From NCBI RefSeq assembly GCF_009914755.1, contig NC_060936.1: a stretch of 64,000 nucleotides of DNA; one strand, 5' to 3'. This document shows positions 25,393 to 39,324 of the stretch, in pieces. Below the pieces are notes generated by a model. The model had not been told where the DNA came from. It ran no database searches and saw nothing but the letters and a program-made list of their open reading frames with translations. The position numbers were made by a program, and so were the translations under genes. The DNA is from the human T2T-CHM13v2.0 reference genome, Homo sapiens. Each line of letters opens with the position of its first letter. Position 1 is the first letter of the stretch.

Positions 25393-26615
25393 TCAGGCAA
25401 GAGGAGCTGACCTGGGCTGCTGCTAGAGAATTAAGCAGGGGTTAGAAGCCATGTTGAGACTATCCTTAGAGTGAGGGTGGGACTTTGAAGTATTTTAAGC
25501 AGGGTAGAGACACGAGATCTATGTCTTCAACGACTGCTGTGATTGCTGTATGGTGCCTGCAAGGGAAGAGGGTGGAACCCAGGGGAGTCATGGCAAGGAG
25601 ATCCCTGTGGAGGTTGGTACAGAATAGGAAATTGCCGTCTTTTGAATGGTTCGTGTGGCACTGCCCATCCACACTGGCCCTGCACATCTTCTTGAAGGGA
25701 AGAAAACCCAGGTGGAGAAAGTAGAAGCTAGACTTGGGAGCTGGGGTAGATCTCCACCAGCCTGACCCACCCAGCAACTGTCCTTTCTGGTCTTCACTCT
25801 TGCTGTGGTTTTCAAATCTGCATTCAGCAACTGAGGCAAAGCGCGTGTGCTTGGGGATCTTACACACCCTTCCATAATCAGTGACAGCTGCAACCCCGAG
25901 TGTTCGCCTCCCACCCTGCCCGTGCTTATGGTTCCTTCCCTGCCACCCAAGAAGAAGATGTAGGAAGCTGGAAGTGAAGAAAAAGAAGGCTAGGCAGTGG
26001 CTAGGGAGTCAAAGAGAAGGAAGGTTCAGACATTTTTTGAATAAAAATTCTAAGCCAGATATTTATTCTAATGCACAAAAGAGTTAAGGATGAATGCAGT
26101 TCTTGTAGATCTGGCAAATGATGCTACCAACCCTGAGTTAGGAGAGCTCTGTCCATTCCTGGTTTCTGCCCCAACTTCCTTTTTCTCTCAGTTTCCTCAC
26201 TCTCGAACAGAGTTAATAGCCGGCATCACTTTTATTTTGCAAACTCAAGCTGGAAGGAAGAGTGTTTGGATAGTTAAAATCTTGATAGAGAAGTGAGGCC
26301 GTGGTGTTGCCAGGACTGTCATCAGATGGCAGAGGTGGGAAAGAGCCAACTTTTGCTTCCAACCGTCCGTCATATCATTCCATGCTTTTCATTGGAATTA
26401 AATCCTCTGTGTTCTAGAACTTCTTTAGAGTCTCATTCTGCAGGGCTCCTCCTCAAAGTGTTTTTTCCACCAGCAATCCCTACCTGTCCCTGTTCCATAA
26501 GCCCCCAATTCTTAAGATCTTTGTGAGGGAGACACTGCAGACACATCTTCAATCAAGTCAGAGAGCACCCTTACCCACCCTCTGCTAAATTCAGTCAAGA
26601 AATCCCTCAAATATA

Positions 26616-26947
26616 CAAGTTCAGCATCCCTAATCCAAAAATCCAAAATCTGAAATGCTTCAGATCCAAATTTTTGAGTGTGGACATGATGCCACAAGTG
26701 AGAATTTTTATACATTAAGTACTTAACACAAACCCTGTTTCATGCACAAAATTACTTAAAATATTTTCTAAAATTACCTTCAGGCTATGTATATAAGGCG
26801 TATACGAAAAATAAATTAGTTTTGTGTTTAGACTTGGATCCCATCCCCAAGATATTCATTATGTGCAAAATATTCCAAAGTCTGAAAATATAAAAAATCC
26901 AGAGCACTGCTGTTCCCAAGCATTTTGGACGAGTGATACTCAACCTA
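26616..26947. mobile_element. Tigger4-like (TcMar) non-autonomous DNA transposon
   Basis: TA | caagttcagcatccctaatccaaaaatccaaaatctgaaatgct ... agtgatactcaaccta | TA: imperfect TIRs with TA TSD. Confidence 0.85.
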
Positions 26948-27199
26948 TAGTAGTTGGCTGGTATATTTGGGTTTCTGGAGCACTCAAACTGAGATACAGT
27001 TCCTGACCTCAAGGAGCTTACCCTCGTGCCATCCAAGAAAGCAGGCAAACCAGGGCTCCAGAAACATTTACACAGGAGACGCGTTTAACAACCTGCAACA
27101 GGAAAACCAGTGACATAACCATGCGGTCAATGGAAGTTTTCTTTGTGCTTAGTATTCTCTAGAAATGACTGAAGCCTGGCTCCCTCTGTCAAAGCAGCA

Positions 27200-27605
27200 C
27201 ATTCTCCCACTGTGCTTCACCCCTGCTACATTCATTTCCCTCAAACACCATCACGAAACTCTTTTACTCATTTGTTCATATGGTTACTGTCTGGTTCTCC
27301 ACTAGAAGTAAAGCTTTTTAAGTTGAGAAACTACGTGTGTCTTGTTTAACGCTGTATCCCTAATACCTAAAACTGTGTCTGGCACTACTAGGTGCTCAGT
27401 AAATATTTGATCAACTGAATGCCTGTTGTCTTTTTTTTTTAATTGTAATTGTCAATTGTCAGTCTCTACCCACCAGACTATAAAATTCAAGGGCAGGGAT
27501 TTTGTCTGTGTTGTTCATTATGGTGTCTTCAATATCTGGAACGCACAGCACTGAAAAGTGTTTGCTGAGTGAGTGAATGAATGAATGAATGAATGAATGA
27601 ATGAC
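27200..27605 (+). mobile_element. Two adjacent L2 3' ends, the second ending in (TGAA)n
   Basis: ctggcactactaggtgctcagtaaatatttg; agggcagggattttgtctg...gaatgaatgaatgaatga. Confidence 0.75.
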
Positions 27606-28840
27606 AGAGATTAATATAGGCTGAGGCATCCAGGAACTGACATTTACTGAGTACCTGTTCTATGTGAGACACTCTTTTAGGCACTTTATTACTGTGTTTT
27701 ATGTTGCAGAGAACATGTTTGGACTAGTTTATAAGTCAACTTGAAATAATTTCCTGCATTAAGAAAAATTGGTTTTGACACATTCTTGTCATAGAAGTCA
27801 GCCTTTGTTCCCATGATGCTCTGAACAGCTGCAGTCCTGAGGAAGCCAGGGGAAGCTCCCCCTGCCTGCTGCTTAAACAGCTGGCCGGTGAACAGAGACC
27901 ACCCCAGACCATTCAGCTCTCAGCACAGCTGTGTGAGCAGATGGAAACTCTGCCACCCAGAGAATCCAGCAGCTGAGAATAGAGTGGGTGGACTTGGCCA
28001 CTGGTATGACCTGTGCATGTCAACCCTAATGTGGAGAAAGGTTTTTCATCTCTACAGGTCAACCCATTAGTATGGTTTGACCTAGAAGTCTTCAAAAGTT
28101 GTAGCAAGAGCCTTTCTGTATTGTCCCTGCAGCCAGGCACCATGAACACCACTCCAGCTGCTGGGGTGCAAGAGGTCTATGGGCTTGACTTTGCTGTAAC
28201 CCTCAGTTTCCACACTTTTTTCAGCCCCTTGCCAGGTTACAAAGCCGAATTCCTAGACTTGTCGAATGTTAGAACTAGAAGGCGCCACAGAGATCCTTAG
28301 ACTCTAGATACTTAGACTGAGGCCTCACTTGAGGGATGAGGACCCTGAAGCTCAGAGGGGCATCCTCTTGGCCCAAGCTGCATGGCTGGTGGATGGCAGC
28401 CAAAGGGCCAACCTCTTAGCTCTATGGCCGGTGGTCTTGTGTGAGTTTTGTGGTTTGGAGTATTGTCATCATTAGCAGTTCTATTGTTTTTACCCTTTGT
28501 CAAACAGCAGTAATTAGTGTGTTATTAATAATAGTATTGATTATTAATAACATTGATCAAGCAAGTCTGTGTCAGACAAGGTGCTAGAGGTTGTGTTTAA
28601 TCCAATCAAAACCCCTAAGAGTGGGAAGGAAGCTGGTCCTAACCTGGAGGGACACAAGGAAGTTTTCAGGGCATGGAAAATGTCTCTACCTTGGCCTGGG
28701 TGGTGAGTACACTGATAAATACATATGTAAAATCCATCCAGCTGTATACTTGGTACTTATGCTCTTCAAGTAGGTGATGTCTCCATTTTAAACAATGAAT
28801 GCAACTTATATATGCATAAATCTGCCACAATAAATTTCTA

Positions 28841-29337
<497 letters not shown>

Positions 29338-29514
29338 TTATTATCCCCACTTTATAGATGAGGAAACTAAAAAAGTAATATTAACATAATTAATCATCGT
29401 ATTAGCTCCTATGTGCCAGGCATGAAGATAAGGGTTTAGGTACAATACCTCATTTAACCCAATTTAAAATCCCATGAGGTTATTTTGTTCATTGTTTCTT
29501 TTTGCCATTTTAGC

Positions 29515-29655
29515 CACTTTTTATTATGGTAAAACATACATGACAAAATTTACCGTTTTCACCATTTTAAAGGATTCAGTGGCATTAAGTACATTCACAT
29601 CGTTGTGCAACCATCACCACCGTTCATCTCCAGATTTTTTTTCATCTTCCCAGAC
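29515..29655 (-). mobile_element. L1MB-like 3' end
   Basis: cagtggcattaagtacattcacatcgttgtgcaaccatcaccacc. Confidence 0.75.
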
Positions 29656-29774
29656 TGATGTGTGTTCTGATCTGGATTCTATCACCTTCTAAATGTGTGA
29701 CCTCAGGCAAGTTGCTTAATGTTTCTGAGCTTCAAGTGCCTGCTCTTTAAATTGGAGGACCTGAGGTGAGCCGC

Positions 29775-30265
29775 TGCTATCGGGGGGATCCTGGCCACAC
29801 GCAGGAAATGAATGGTGGGCAAGTGAGTGAAGCTTCATCTGTATTTATAGCCACTCCCCATTGCTCACATCACCACCTGAGCTCCACCCCCTGTCAGATT
29901 GGCGACTGCATAAGATTCTCATAGGAGCACAAACCCTACTGTGAACTGCGCTTGCGAGGGATCTAGGCTGCGTGCTCCTTGTGAAACCCTAATGCCTGAT
30001 GATCTCTCACTGTCTCCCATCACCCTCACATGGGACTGTCTAGTTGCAGGAAAACAAGCTCAGGGCTTCCACTGATTCTACATTATGGTGAGTTGTATAA
30101 TGATTTCATAATATATTATAATGTAGTAATAATAGAAATAAAGTGCACAATAAATGTCATGTGCTTCAGTCATCCTGAAACCACCCTTTCCTCCCCTGCC
30201 CCATTCATGGAAAAATTGTCGCCCACGAAACCCATCTCTGGTGCCAAAAAGGTTGCAGACCACTG
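29775..30265. mobile_element. MER1A-like hAT-Charlie element
   Basis: gaagcttcatctgtattta, agattctcataggagc, ctagttgcaggaaaacaagctcaggg, terminus ggtgccaaaaaggttgcagaccactg. Confidence 0.88.
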
Positions 30266-30959
30266 CCTTACAGAATGTGGGCAGCCTAAAAGCTAAGCTG
30301 GTGAGACTGGGACCAACAGGTATCTCCAGATTTGGGTTGTCACTAACCCATCAGGGACTCTCTCAGACACCCTCAGCAGGAATGGAGAGTGAGGTGGCCC
30401 AGGCGCTTAGAGACACAGAGAGCGAGCCAGAGGAGCCGTTAGGGAACAGGGACGTGGCACAGGGAAGAAGAGTAAAGGAACCTCAGTCATGCGGTAGCGG
30501 CTTGAAGACAGGGCGATGAGTAGGTGCAGGCATTTGCAGAGAGGGGGCAGTAATAGAGGTCACGAGGCTGGAAAAGCCTCCAGTGGGCAGAAACCAGGAG
30601 GCAGACGGGAGAAAAATACCACAGCCACGGGAGAAGCAGGGTGAGAGCAAACTGAAAGGTCTGTCTGCAGCATGGACAGTTCCAGGGTTGATTTTTGTCC
30701 CTTCAGCTGCAGTGGCCTCCATATCATCCATGGGCAGCCGCCGCCCACCATCTCAGCATGTTTTGGCAGGTGCATTTTAAAACGAGTTCCTGGCATCTTA
30801 TAGAGATAAATAGGGTAGAAAATAAAAGAAAATAAAAAATAAGACATAGCCTTTACCCTCAGGGAGCTTAATCTCCGGTTCTCATAAAAGCCGAGCTACT
30901 ACAGTACACACAAAAATCGGAGTCCAGTGACTAAACTCGCGTGTTTTGTAATTGAGCAG

Positions 30960-31145
30960 AAATGGACTTAATTCCCAGCTCTGCCATTTGCTAACTACGT
31001 GATCTTAAAAGCATTTCCTGACCTAAGGCTCCACTTCCTCATGTGTAAAAAGGTCACAAGGACAGCACCTGCACAACCAGGGTGCTGGAAGGATTGAGGG
31101 AGGCAGAGCCTGCAGGGCTGGGCACGCACCTGGCATGTGAGGCTT
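30960..31145 (+). mobile_element. MIR
   Basis: aattcccagctctgccatttgctaactacgtgatctt...ttcctcatgtgtaaaa. Confidence 0.7.
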
Positions 31146-32984
31146 CGGCAGACGGCAACCTTTATTACCCAAGCTCCTTAGACCAACAGGCATTTCCTCT
31201 GTCCACCTGCATTACTATTGTGTGAATTCGGATTCCTCAGGTGCTGCTGTCCTGCAGGAATTTGGCTCTTGAAGCAGGAGAGGGAGAGGAGACCAGGGAA
31301 ATGGGGACAGCTACTCCCGGAAGTTATCACAGGGGAGAAGGGCTCAGAGCCCAACTTAATAAAAAGAGCATTGCATCAGTGCTTCCTGGGGCCCACTGGC
31401 ATCCCCTGTAAGCTGCACATTCCCTCCCCAGCCAGGCCTCTGCTAGCAGCCTCTCTGTGCTAGAGGAAACCTAGGGACAGGGACCGCTCCAGCTGCAGGC
31501 AAGTTCCTAGAAAGTCCAGTGGAATGGATATCATTCCTGTACTGTGAGTAATCGGCCCAAACAAAGCCCACTGGTATTTCCGAGTCCATTCCCAGTGCCC
31601 AGAGCTGGACCCAGTAGCTCAGCAGCTGCAAGGAGTGGAATGCAGTTCTCTAGCATGCTGCCCTAGATTCAGCCTTGGAGAAAGACTCCTTGCCCCAAGC
31701 GGGGAAGGTGCTCTGAAGGTCATCTCGTCTATGCTCCTGCCTCTGGGCCCAAACATTGTAAGACACAGGGCTTGGAAACCCCCTGTAGCCCAAGTGTGGG
31801 GACCAGGGAGCCTGCATGAGGATTCTAAGGATACAAGGTGGAGTCAGGAAAAGGATGTCCCTTTCTCCGTTGCCTCCTTGAGCTTCCATTAGAAGGACTT
31901 GCAGGAGAGGGGAAAGAAATCAGGAAAAGAAAAGCTGAGCCTCCGTGGTGTCTCTACCCCGACTTCTCTCCTGCTCCTCCTTTGGTCTTGGGGCAGGCCA
32001 GCCCTGTCTGCCTCCCATCGCTTTCCTCGCTTCTGGGCCACTAGTCTGTCACAGTCACCATTTCTGGAAGTTCAGAGATAAAGCTATCCTTATCCTTTCG
32101 GAACAGTGGCACCTGCTTTGTCAGCTCTAGGTGGTAGGGGTTTCCCTAACTGGGTTGCCGATGAGCCCGGGTCATTCACACTGGGGAGTCAGGTCTTTGG
32201 CCTTAGCTCACTGGGTCACCCCAGTGGTTGTCCCAGGGAGGTCTTATTGCCACCTCTTGACAAATGAGGAAGCTGGGGCACAGCAACATGAAGTGACTTT
32301 TGCTCAAGACCCTTCACCGGTCCTTCCACTGCCTGGACACACCCTGCCAGGCATCTCGAGGCTGATTTTCAAGGGAACAGAAACTTCCACCGCTGCCTGT
32401 GCCTCGCCTAGCTCCCACCCAATACGAAAGAATGGCACACTTATAGGTCACACGCCCCAGTTCATTGCTCCCTAGCTCCCATGGGAAAAGGCATAAAGTG
32501 TCCTTTCCAAAATGGTGACTGTCATTTCCCCCAGCCTAATTTAAGGCAGGCGTGAACGTTCCCCAGAGAGTTCACCTGGGCTGTCCTCCTGTGCAGTTGC
32601 TGTGCAGAAATGTTTCCTCCGTGTGCATTGCCTGCTGTCATTTCTTGGCTTTTCCAGAGTGTAAGCTGTGGTCCTGGGTGAATAGGGCAGTAGGTAGGGT
32701 TGGGGGTTCAAGGGTCAGTGGCCCTCAAACCTGGTACCCTGTGAACACCCTGGTCATTTTGAATTTACCGGCTCAGGAAAGAAGATTCCTTGCAAGCACA
32801 CAGTTGCCTGTGGTCAGAGGGATGATCTCAAAGTGCTCTTAGTTCCTGGGCCAGCAGCCAGCTGCCTTGGATGGTCAGAAGGTGAAATTTGAATGCTGGT
32901 GAATGGGAGAGCGGAAGTTCAGCAAGGCTGAGTTAAGCCCATTCATGAAAAAGATCTAGTCTCACTTCCTTATTGCCAGGAGTT

Positions 32985-32991
32985 GTGTGTG

Positions 32992-33022
<31 letters not shown>

Positions 33023-33044
33023 CACGCGCATGCACATGCACGTG
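32985..33044. repeat. (TG)n plus alternating purine-pyrimidine tract (Z-DNA prone)
   Basis: Direct reading. Confidence 0.88.
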
Positions 33045-33218
33045 AGCTTGATTACTTTCTGCCTCGCTTCTTCCTCCACCCCTACTCTTTTCTTTTTTTT
33101 CTCTCTCTCTCAAAATCTTAAGTTCATCTTCAGGAAACTGCCCAAGAATGTGTAGCCGGTCTGTGGTTTGCTGAAAAAAAGAAAGAAAAAGAAAGAGACA
33201 GATTCATACAAAAGCAAT

Positions 33219-33306
33219 TCTCTCTCTTTCACCCTCTCTCTCTCTGTTTCTCTCTCTCTCACACACACACAGTCTCTCACACACACTCACACTCACACAC
33301 ACACAC
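33219..33306. repeat. Compound (CT)n/(CA)n microsatellite
   Basis: Direct reading. Confidence 0.88.
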
Positions 33307-33363
33307 TTTCCAGGTTGTGCTGCATGCACCTCCCCAGCTGTTCTCCCATTCAGTCCTGTCTGG

Positions 33364-33571
33364 CTTAGGGAGGTGAAGTCATCTCTGGGTGGGAGATCAT
33401 CCCGGTCAAAGGCGGGGTGGGGGAGCCGTCATGGCTGACCCACAGGGAAAAAATTCACTGTTACCCAGTTAGCTCCCACCTCAGTGGACCACATGGTGCT
33501 TCTGGCAGGTTGTGCCTATGGCTAGTGGCGTGATTCCCAAGTTAGTAGAAGGCTGCTGTGTGGCAGGTACC
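33364..33571 (+). repeat. Local duplication copy A (single proto-VNTR unit)
   Basis: Aligns to 34529-35017; the shared 139-bp 3' block has about 14 mismatches by manual count. Confidence 0.95.
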
Positions 33572-33689
33572 CTCCCCTGTTATCTGTGAGATGGAGGTGA
33601 TCATGATATGGGCTCCTCATGGGTTGTTGCAGTGATGAAGGTGAGGCACACAAGGTCCTTAGCACAGCATGTAGTCACAGGTGATCTCA

Positions 33690-33745
33690 CTGAACATCTC
33701 CGGGGCAGGGGGCTCACCACCTCCAGGGCAGCCTGTTCCATTTTC
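33690..33745 (-). mobile_element. L3/CR1 fragment (adjacent to a MIR at about 33575-33680)
   Basis: Reverse complement aaaatggaacaggctgccctggaggtggtgagccccctgccccggagatgttcag. Confidence 0.55.
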
Positions 33746-34528
33746 AGCAACACAGCAAAGAAGCCACCAACCCTGCAGGGCTTTTCAAGTCTTGGGAGGA
33801 ATCGAGGCACTTCTTTTGACTTTAGAAATAGAAACCGAGATGCTGACCAAGAAAAAGTATGCACCCAATGCAGTTTGACCTACCCAGATACACAGGGGCC
33901 TCACGGACATGTGCCTGAGAAAGAAGACGTAACTCAGGGAAGGATATGACACCAAAGCCCTCAAAATGATTAACTGGAGCAGGTGATTTTGAGCCCTCAG
34001 TACTTTCAGTTGTTACTCTCAGACTCTGACCAAGAAGTGCTTACTGGGCACCCACAATGATTTCAGAGTATTCTGGAAGGAGTGCACCTGTCCTTCCAGC
34101 TGAGCCTCCTCCGTGGGTGCGGCAGGTAGAAGGGCATATAGGTGCTTTCCCCGCCTGTAGCCAACATCCCCTGAGCTGTTGATGCCCTGTGAAATCTCTG
34201 TGAAATCTCTTTCTCGCTGATCCTACACATTTGGAAAGTGCTGTCATGACAATTATTACTCACAAAGTTCTCTTGCTGAGGGAGGATGGTCACTTGGCAT
34301 GTATTATTCTCCCCATTTTACAGACATGGAAACTGAGACCCACAGAGATCCTGGTGGTGTAGTTTGAAGCTGCTGGAATTCTCCAAGCTGCTCTCCCTGC
34401 CTTTTAGGCTGTTTCTCCTAGTGGTGCCGGTGACACAAAGAGCTGTTCTTATCCTCTCCTGTCCTGAGTTATTATGCAGTGAGTTGAGTGGAAGTTTCTA
34501 ACCACCCCTCAAGTTCCCTACCAAGGAA

Positions 34529-35017
34529 CTTAGGGAGGTGAAGTCATTTCTGGGTGGGAGATCATCCCTGTCAAGGGTGGGTGGGAGATCATCCCGGTCA
34601 AGGGTGCGTGGGAGATCATCCCGGTCAAGGGTGGGTTGGGAGATCATCCCGGTCAAGGGTGGGTTGGGAGATCATCCCGGTCAAGGGTGGGTTGGGAGAT
34701 CATCCCGGTCAAGGGTGGGTTGGGAGATCATCCCGGTCAAGGGTGGGTTGGGAGATCATCCCGGTCAAGGGTGGGTTGGGAGATCATCCCGGTCAAGGGT
34801 GGGTGGGAGATCATCCCAGTCAAGGGAGGGTTGGGAGATCATCCAGGTCAAGGGTGGGTGGGAGATCATCCAGGTCAAGGCTGACCCACGGGGAAAAAAT
34901 TCACTGTTACCCAGTTAGGTCCCACCTCAGTGGACCACATGGTGCCTCTGGCAGGCCGTGCCTATGGCTAGTGACGTAATTTCCAAGCTACCAGGAGGCT
35001 GCTGTGCAGCAGGTACC
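34529..35017 (+). repeat. Local duplication copy B (contains the VNTR)
   Basis: Same 5' flank (cttagggaggtgaagtcat) and 3' block (ggctgaccca...gcaggtacc) as copy A. Confidence 0.95.
34551..34880 (+). repeat. G-rich minisatellite, 27/28-bp unit GGGAGATCATCCCGGTCAAGGGTGGGT(T), about 12 copies
   Basis: Unit starts at 34556, 34583, 34610, 34638, 34666, 34694, 34722, 34750, 34778, 34805, 34833, 34860 (partial); units 3-8 are identical. Confidence 0.97.
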
Positions 35018-35659
35018 TCCAGGTAATGGGCCATCCCACATCCATGCCCTTGGTTTGCCTTGACCCTGGCTTTGGCAATGTGATTAACATCCATTGGGTG
35101 CCTACTAGAACTTCAGGGAGTGGACACGGAGGCTGCAGACCCCAGGTGGAGAAGGATGGGCTCCCAAATAAGGATTCTCTCTCACTGCCTTCATTTCCTT
35201 CCCCCTCCCTTCCCCTGTGTCCTCAAACCATCCATCGATAGTGAAAGAGAGGAAACATCTGGTCTGGGTTCCGCACCTCCACCCTGTGTTGGGGGGCTTG
35301 TAGGAAGAGATGGTTGGAGGTCTTGGAACCTTGAAATAAACCAACGGTTCAGCTGCCATCCTCCCCACCCACCATCCTGTCTTCCTCACCCCACCTTAAT
35401 ATCAGCCATCCTCCTAGCAACAGCCTGCACCATGCCACCACCCAGCAGACAGCTGCTGCTGCCAGTTCCAGAAACTAGAGAGATCCATGACCAAAGTGAG
35501 GCTCCAGAATGTCTCTGTCAAGACAATGGAGATACTGATGGTCACAGGGCCAGAGGGCAGTGACGGGGGGTGGGACCTGGGGGACAGCTCTGCACATACT
35601 TCCAAAACTCCATAAAAGAAGTCTTCCTCCAAACATCCTCTTCTTCCTTCCCTCACTGA

Positions 35660-35880
35660 TCATAATGAACTATTTTTTATGGAATATTCCCTCCATACCA
35701 GGCACTTAAACAAATTATCTTGTTTAATCATCATAATGGCCCTACAGGGTCGGTATTCATTCTCTTCTTACAGATGGAGTCGAAGCACAGAGAGGTTAGT
35801 AATTTGGCCAAGTTCATACAACTCAAGTGGCAGAGCTTGGATTCAAATCTTATCAAATTTCAAAGTTCAGGCTCTCAGCA
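35660..35880 (-). mobile_element. MIR
   Basis: tttaatcatcataatggcccta...ttacagatggag...gcacagagaggttagtaatttggccaag. Confidence 0.75.
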
Positions 35881-36744
35881 TCAACAACAAACTGTCTTTC
35901 TGATGCCTCCTCAATCCTTTGTCTCCCAGATAGGCATACCAGGATTTAAGCACCATCTCCTAACTACTGGTTTCATTCAGCTGTCCTCTTCTTCCTTCAT
36001 TCATTCACTTCAATCACTCATTCATATACCAAGTAAAAGACTTACTATCTACCATGTGTGCTAAACATTGAGAAGGAACAAAATATTGTAAACTCCGTTC
36101 TTCTGCTAGAGATGTGATCATTTGGGAAGCATGATCAATGACACAGCGGAGAGAGTAAATATTCCCAGACCTGAGAGCAAGAGGGATCACCTCATCAGCT
36201 CTGACCTCTTCTCGCCTCCCTGCCTCCCACTTCGCCCTGTGGCTTTGAAAGATGAATACCCAGTAAGCCTCAAGAGTGAGGGATGTGACGTGGTGGTTGT
36301 TCAGAGAAAGACAAGGTCTAGGGGCTGTCTAGCCTTGCTGTAGTGGTGGGACTCCCGCAGAACCTTGAGTGATGGCTGGTGACCCTCTTCAGCCAAAAGC
36401 ATAGGAGCAAATGTTTGATGCCAGTTGAAGGAGCAGTAAATCCAAGAGACACTGAGAAAGACAGACCGTGTGCAGGAGAAGCTGTGGTTTATGGGCAGAG
36501 AGGAGATTATAAAGGAGTGTTGGGGTCTTGCTGGGTGGGGCCCCAAGTGGCTGTGAGTGGCTGGCTTTACTCCTGCATGCCATGGAGAGGTCACGCTTCC
36601 TATCGTGTGTCAGGAGGTCATCTCTGGAAGAGCAGAGGGAGGAGTGTGGGCTTAATGGCTGTCCTGTGGCTGCAGCCCCCCTGAGACTGCAGATGCCATT
36701 GTTTCTGGGTATGATAGAGAGTTGATGAGGAGCCTGGGGTTGGC

Positions 36745-36950
36745 AAAACGAGGTTTGAATCCAAGCCTCACTGTTACTAGTAGTGGTGAGCTTGAGCAGG
36801 TTTTTTAACACCTCCAAGCCTCGCTCTGTTACCTACGAAATGAGCCTACTATTACCTACTCTACAAGGTTGTTGTAAGAGTTCAATGAATATGGGTGTCA
36901 AGAATGTATTAATAACATAGTGCCTGGTATAGCAAACACTCCTGCATAGG
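36745..36950 (+). mobile_element. MIR
   Basis: ggtttgaatccaagcctc...gagcttgagcagg...aaggttgttgtaagag...atagtgcctgg. Confidence 0.75.
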
Positions 36951-37053
36951 CAACTATCAGCCCAGATTGTCTTCCTGTCCTGGTGTCTGGGTGATTGGCC
37001 GGTTTACTAATTGGTTAAAAAGTATGAAAATGTCCAGCAACTAGTGTGACTGA

Positions 37054-37702
<649 letters not shown>

Positions 37703-37857
37703 CTCTCCCTCCATTCTTAAGAGATCACCCAGGAAAATGCCTCCATATTCTGTGATATTGTGTTTTGGCTGGGGGTGAAGTGGACTTCTCTCCACCAACA
37801 GAAAACCCTCAAGCAGCATAATGGACGGTCAACATCTTGCTAGAACCCTGCGCAATC

Positions 37858-37890
37858 GTATGCGCGTGCACACACACACACACACACACA
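37858..37890. repeat. (CA)n with CG-alternating lead-in
   Basis: gtatgcgcgtgcacacacaca... Confidence 0.88.
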
Positions 37891-38925
37891 GCCTCAAAAA
37901 ATAGCTTGCATGATGAATGAAGCCTTAACATACGTAGAAAGAGAATATTTCTCAAAGACATACCATGGATGTACATACGGGTGGATGGTGCATACATTGT
38001 ACACTGAAATACACCCTTTTCCCCTCTACTGTGCCCCAGATATTTGGAAATGAAGGAAAGAAAACTGCTCTTGGAAACCCTGAAATGAACACACAATGCA
38101 TCAGAGCCAAGCCTGCAATCACTCAAGAAAGAATGATTCTCGAGGCATCGAGTCCCCCCTGGAAGTTAATTGAAAGGCTGTCTACAGAAAAGATGGTCAG
38201 TCCTAAGGGAGAGGTAGGTCAGTAACGAAAACACAGAAAAGGAGAGTCCTAGAGAAAACCCAGAGCCCTGACCTGGAGGAAGAGGACCTTGGTCCTAAAG
38301 GTGCCTGTGTATTTTTTGTGGAGATGGGCACTCAAATTATCATCACCTGATATGATTATGCATTTTAATTTTCCAACTAACCTTGGTGTTTTCACTCTGT
38401 ACTCAGCGAGCAGCCATGTGACTGTAAGCTGGCTTCCCAAGTACTTGGTCCTCAAGGAGAGAATGGGTGTTATCCCCTCAGCAGTTCCATTCTGATGTCC
38501 ACAGCTGGCTGGTAGGGTGAGTCAGCATCCCCCCCAGCAGTCCCATTCACCCTGGGCCACTGCTGGGACCCAGCATTTGAACAGTAGGACAGAGGGCTGC
38601 AGGCTGGCCTAAGTCACACCACAGTGAGCTGGTCTTCCCAGGAAGCTCCCAGCCTTCCCGTTCTATGGCACTGTCAGACTGTACCTCTTTATTTCAAAAC
38701 ACATCAGAATACATCAAAGCCCTGACTGTTAGGTAAGTATTACTATGCCCACTTTTATAAGCAAGGAAATAGAGATTGCAAAGGGGTAATTAACTTGCCC
38801 AAAGGCGCTTAACTTCATAAACCAGCCTGGATTCCGCACCTATTCTGACTCTAAAGCCTGTGTTCTTTCCCTTGACTTCATGCGGCCCCTGACTTCAAGG
38901 ACTTTCCTCTCCAGTGTATCTTTAA

Positions 38926-39324
<399 letters not shown>

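Noticed and set aside
33601-33949. Overlapping 87-aa and 113-aa ORFs between the duplicate copies
   Set aside because: They run across MIR and L3/CR1 relics and show no protein similarity I recognise.
34556-34582. VNTR unit resembles the Alu segment GGGCGGATCACCTGAGGTCAGG
   Set aside because: Similarity is short and gapped, and the flanks in both duplicate copies are not Alu.
34551-34880. Regular ~28-bp repeats as a CRISPR-like array
   Set aside because: Units are head-to-tail with no unique spacers, there are no cas genes, and the context is primate DNA; it is a minisatellite.
34873-34886. GGTCA-aggc-TGACC as an estrogen response element
   Set aside because: The spacer is 4 nt; a canonical ERE needs 3.
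34538-34979. Repetitive ORFs of 126, 141 and 82 aa
   Set aside because: By-product of a stop-free G-rich repeat cycling through frames; they start at non-ATG codons and have no exon support.
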